This document shows positions 63,174-64,000 of a DNA stretch of 64,000 nucleotides, piece by piece. The notes beneath the pieces are model-generated. The model was not told the origin of the DNA and did no database searches. It worked only from the letters and a program-made list of their open reading frames with translations. The stretch comes from Geosiphon pyriformis uo1 (Eukaryota; Fungi; Glomeromycota), in NCBI GenBank assembly GCA_016748015.1, contig JAAOMT010000003.1, positions 1,306,373 to 1,370,372 on the forward strand. Reading direction: 5' to 3'. Both the position numbers and the translations under genes were made by a program. Position 1 is the first letter of the stretch. Each line of letters starts with the position of its first letter.

Positions 63174-64000
63174 TTTGGAGGAATTCTTGGTTCTGTTTAT
63201 GTTTCTACCGTCATTGTTTTCGATGATCAGGTTTTCCGGTATATTAAAGTAAGTTTGTTGATAATTTTGGTAGTTTGGATTGGTTTGCTAATTGGTTCCG
63301 GTGCAGTTTGAATTCCTCTGGACCAACATGTTCTGGTTCCACATAGGCTGATTTCGGGTCTCGGGACGCCAATTTGGGTTGGCTATCATGGGCTGTTGTT
63401 GGTAAGCTCCTTGATTTTGATACATGATGGGATATTGGCGTGGTATTGGCATGTACTGGTTTCTGGGCATTTGGGGTGGTGCGTAGTAATTATTTTCACG
63501 TGCTTCCTGCATCATTCGCGTTCGACATTAACTAATCAAATGTCCTATGCATTTGCAAAAATGGCAGGCGCGTGTTTCTGTTCTGAATTTCTGGCACGAC
63601 GAGCAATTATTTCAATTGTCACTGATTTCCTGACTGCGTCTTTGGGGTGGTTGGTATGTATTTTTTCTCGGATCCGGGATGAGGTAACTTTCTATTTTCT
63701 TAGAGAGTTCCTCCCCTAATCACGTTACTCTTTTCTCTAATGTTTCTGTCTTATTTTTCTCCATTACCATATTAACCATTTGACTATGGTTAGCTTCTTT
63801 CTCAGCCGATTCAAGAGCTCTGGCGAGCATAACGGCTTCTGGTAAGGAATTAGGGTGGGCAGGGCATACTCTTCCTAAAATGCTGCTTTTTAATCCTCTA
63901 ATAAACTGATTTAAAACCTGAGGATCAGTGTAGTATCCTTGTTCAATCACTTCAATCTGACGGCGAATTCGATTGAATCGAGCAAGATATTGGGTGACAG
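63174..64000 (-). pseudogene. Gypsy gag (capsid + CCHC knuckle), in frame with pol, three premature stops
   Basis: QYLARFNRI..QVLNQFIRGL..HPNSLPEA; CHFCKCIGHLIS*C. Stops at 63720 (TGA), ~63528 (TAA) and 63288 (TAG) all lie in the pol frame. Confidence 0.85.

Larger units (their letters stand above)
56667..64000 (-). mobile_element. Ty3/Gypsy LTR retrotransposon with dUTPase (gag-PR-Cys-rich-dUTPase-[RT in gap]-RNaseH-INT-ORF3-PPT-LTR); continues off the right edge
   Basis: Domain motifs are listed in the sub-features; RNase H precedes integrase, which is the Gypsy order. Confidence 0.95.

Overview
Eukaryotic, intron-rich fungal DNA, most likely Glomeromycotina (Geosiphon/Archaeosporales-like). 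This is inferred from gene content, a minor-spliceosome gene and the TE families, not proven. The window alternates between CpG-containing gene islands (~6.3-25.4 kb, 39.1-40.2 kb, 43.7-50.1 kb) and extremely AT-rich, nearly CpG-free blocks that resolve into hypermutated, nested transposons. Genes: SNRNP25-like (U11/U12 25K), homogentisate 1,2-dioxygenase, a Q-rich protein, a muniscin (F-BAR + muHD), a large acidic protein with a C-terminal CBM48/AMPK-beta glycogen-binding domain, a Gtt3-like membrane protein, riboflavin kinase and the DEAH helicase DHR1/DHX37. Mobile DNA: a young and an old LINE, three solo LTRs with 4-bp TSDs, a long-TIR DNA transposon relic, a pogo/Tigger element with cargo nested in a solo LTR, and a Ty3/Gypsy element carrying a dUTPase, a Cys-rich insert and an extra 3' ORF. 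Most notable findings: (1) direct evidence, from a TIR pair and inactivated ORFs, of directional C>T/G>A hypermutation of repeats, largely outside CpG and biased to TpC/YpC (RIP-like); (2) a ~215-nt structured, CpG-retaining non-coding element at 43.68-43.89 kb that matches no standard RNA class I can recognise; (3) a 28S rRNA fragment ~100 bp upstream of the ribosome-biogenesis helicase DHR1, followed by a repeat-spacer motif array. Exon boundaries and mutation counts were derived by eye.
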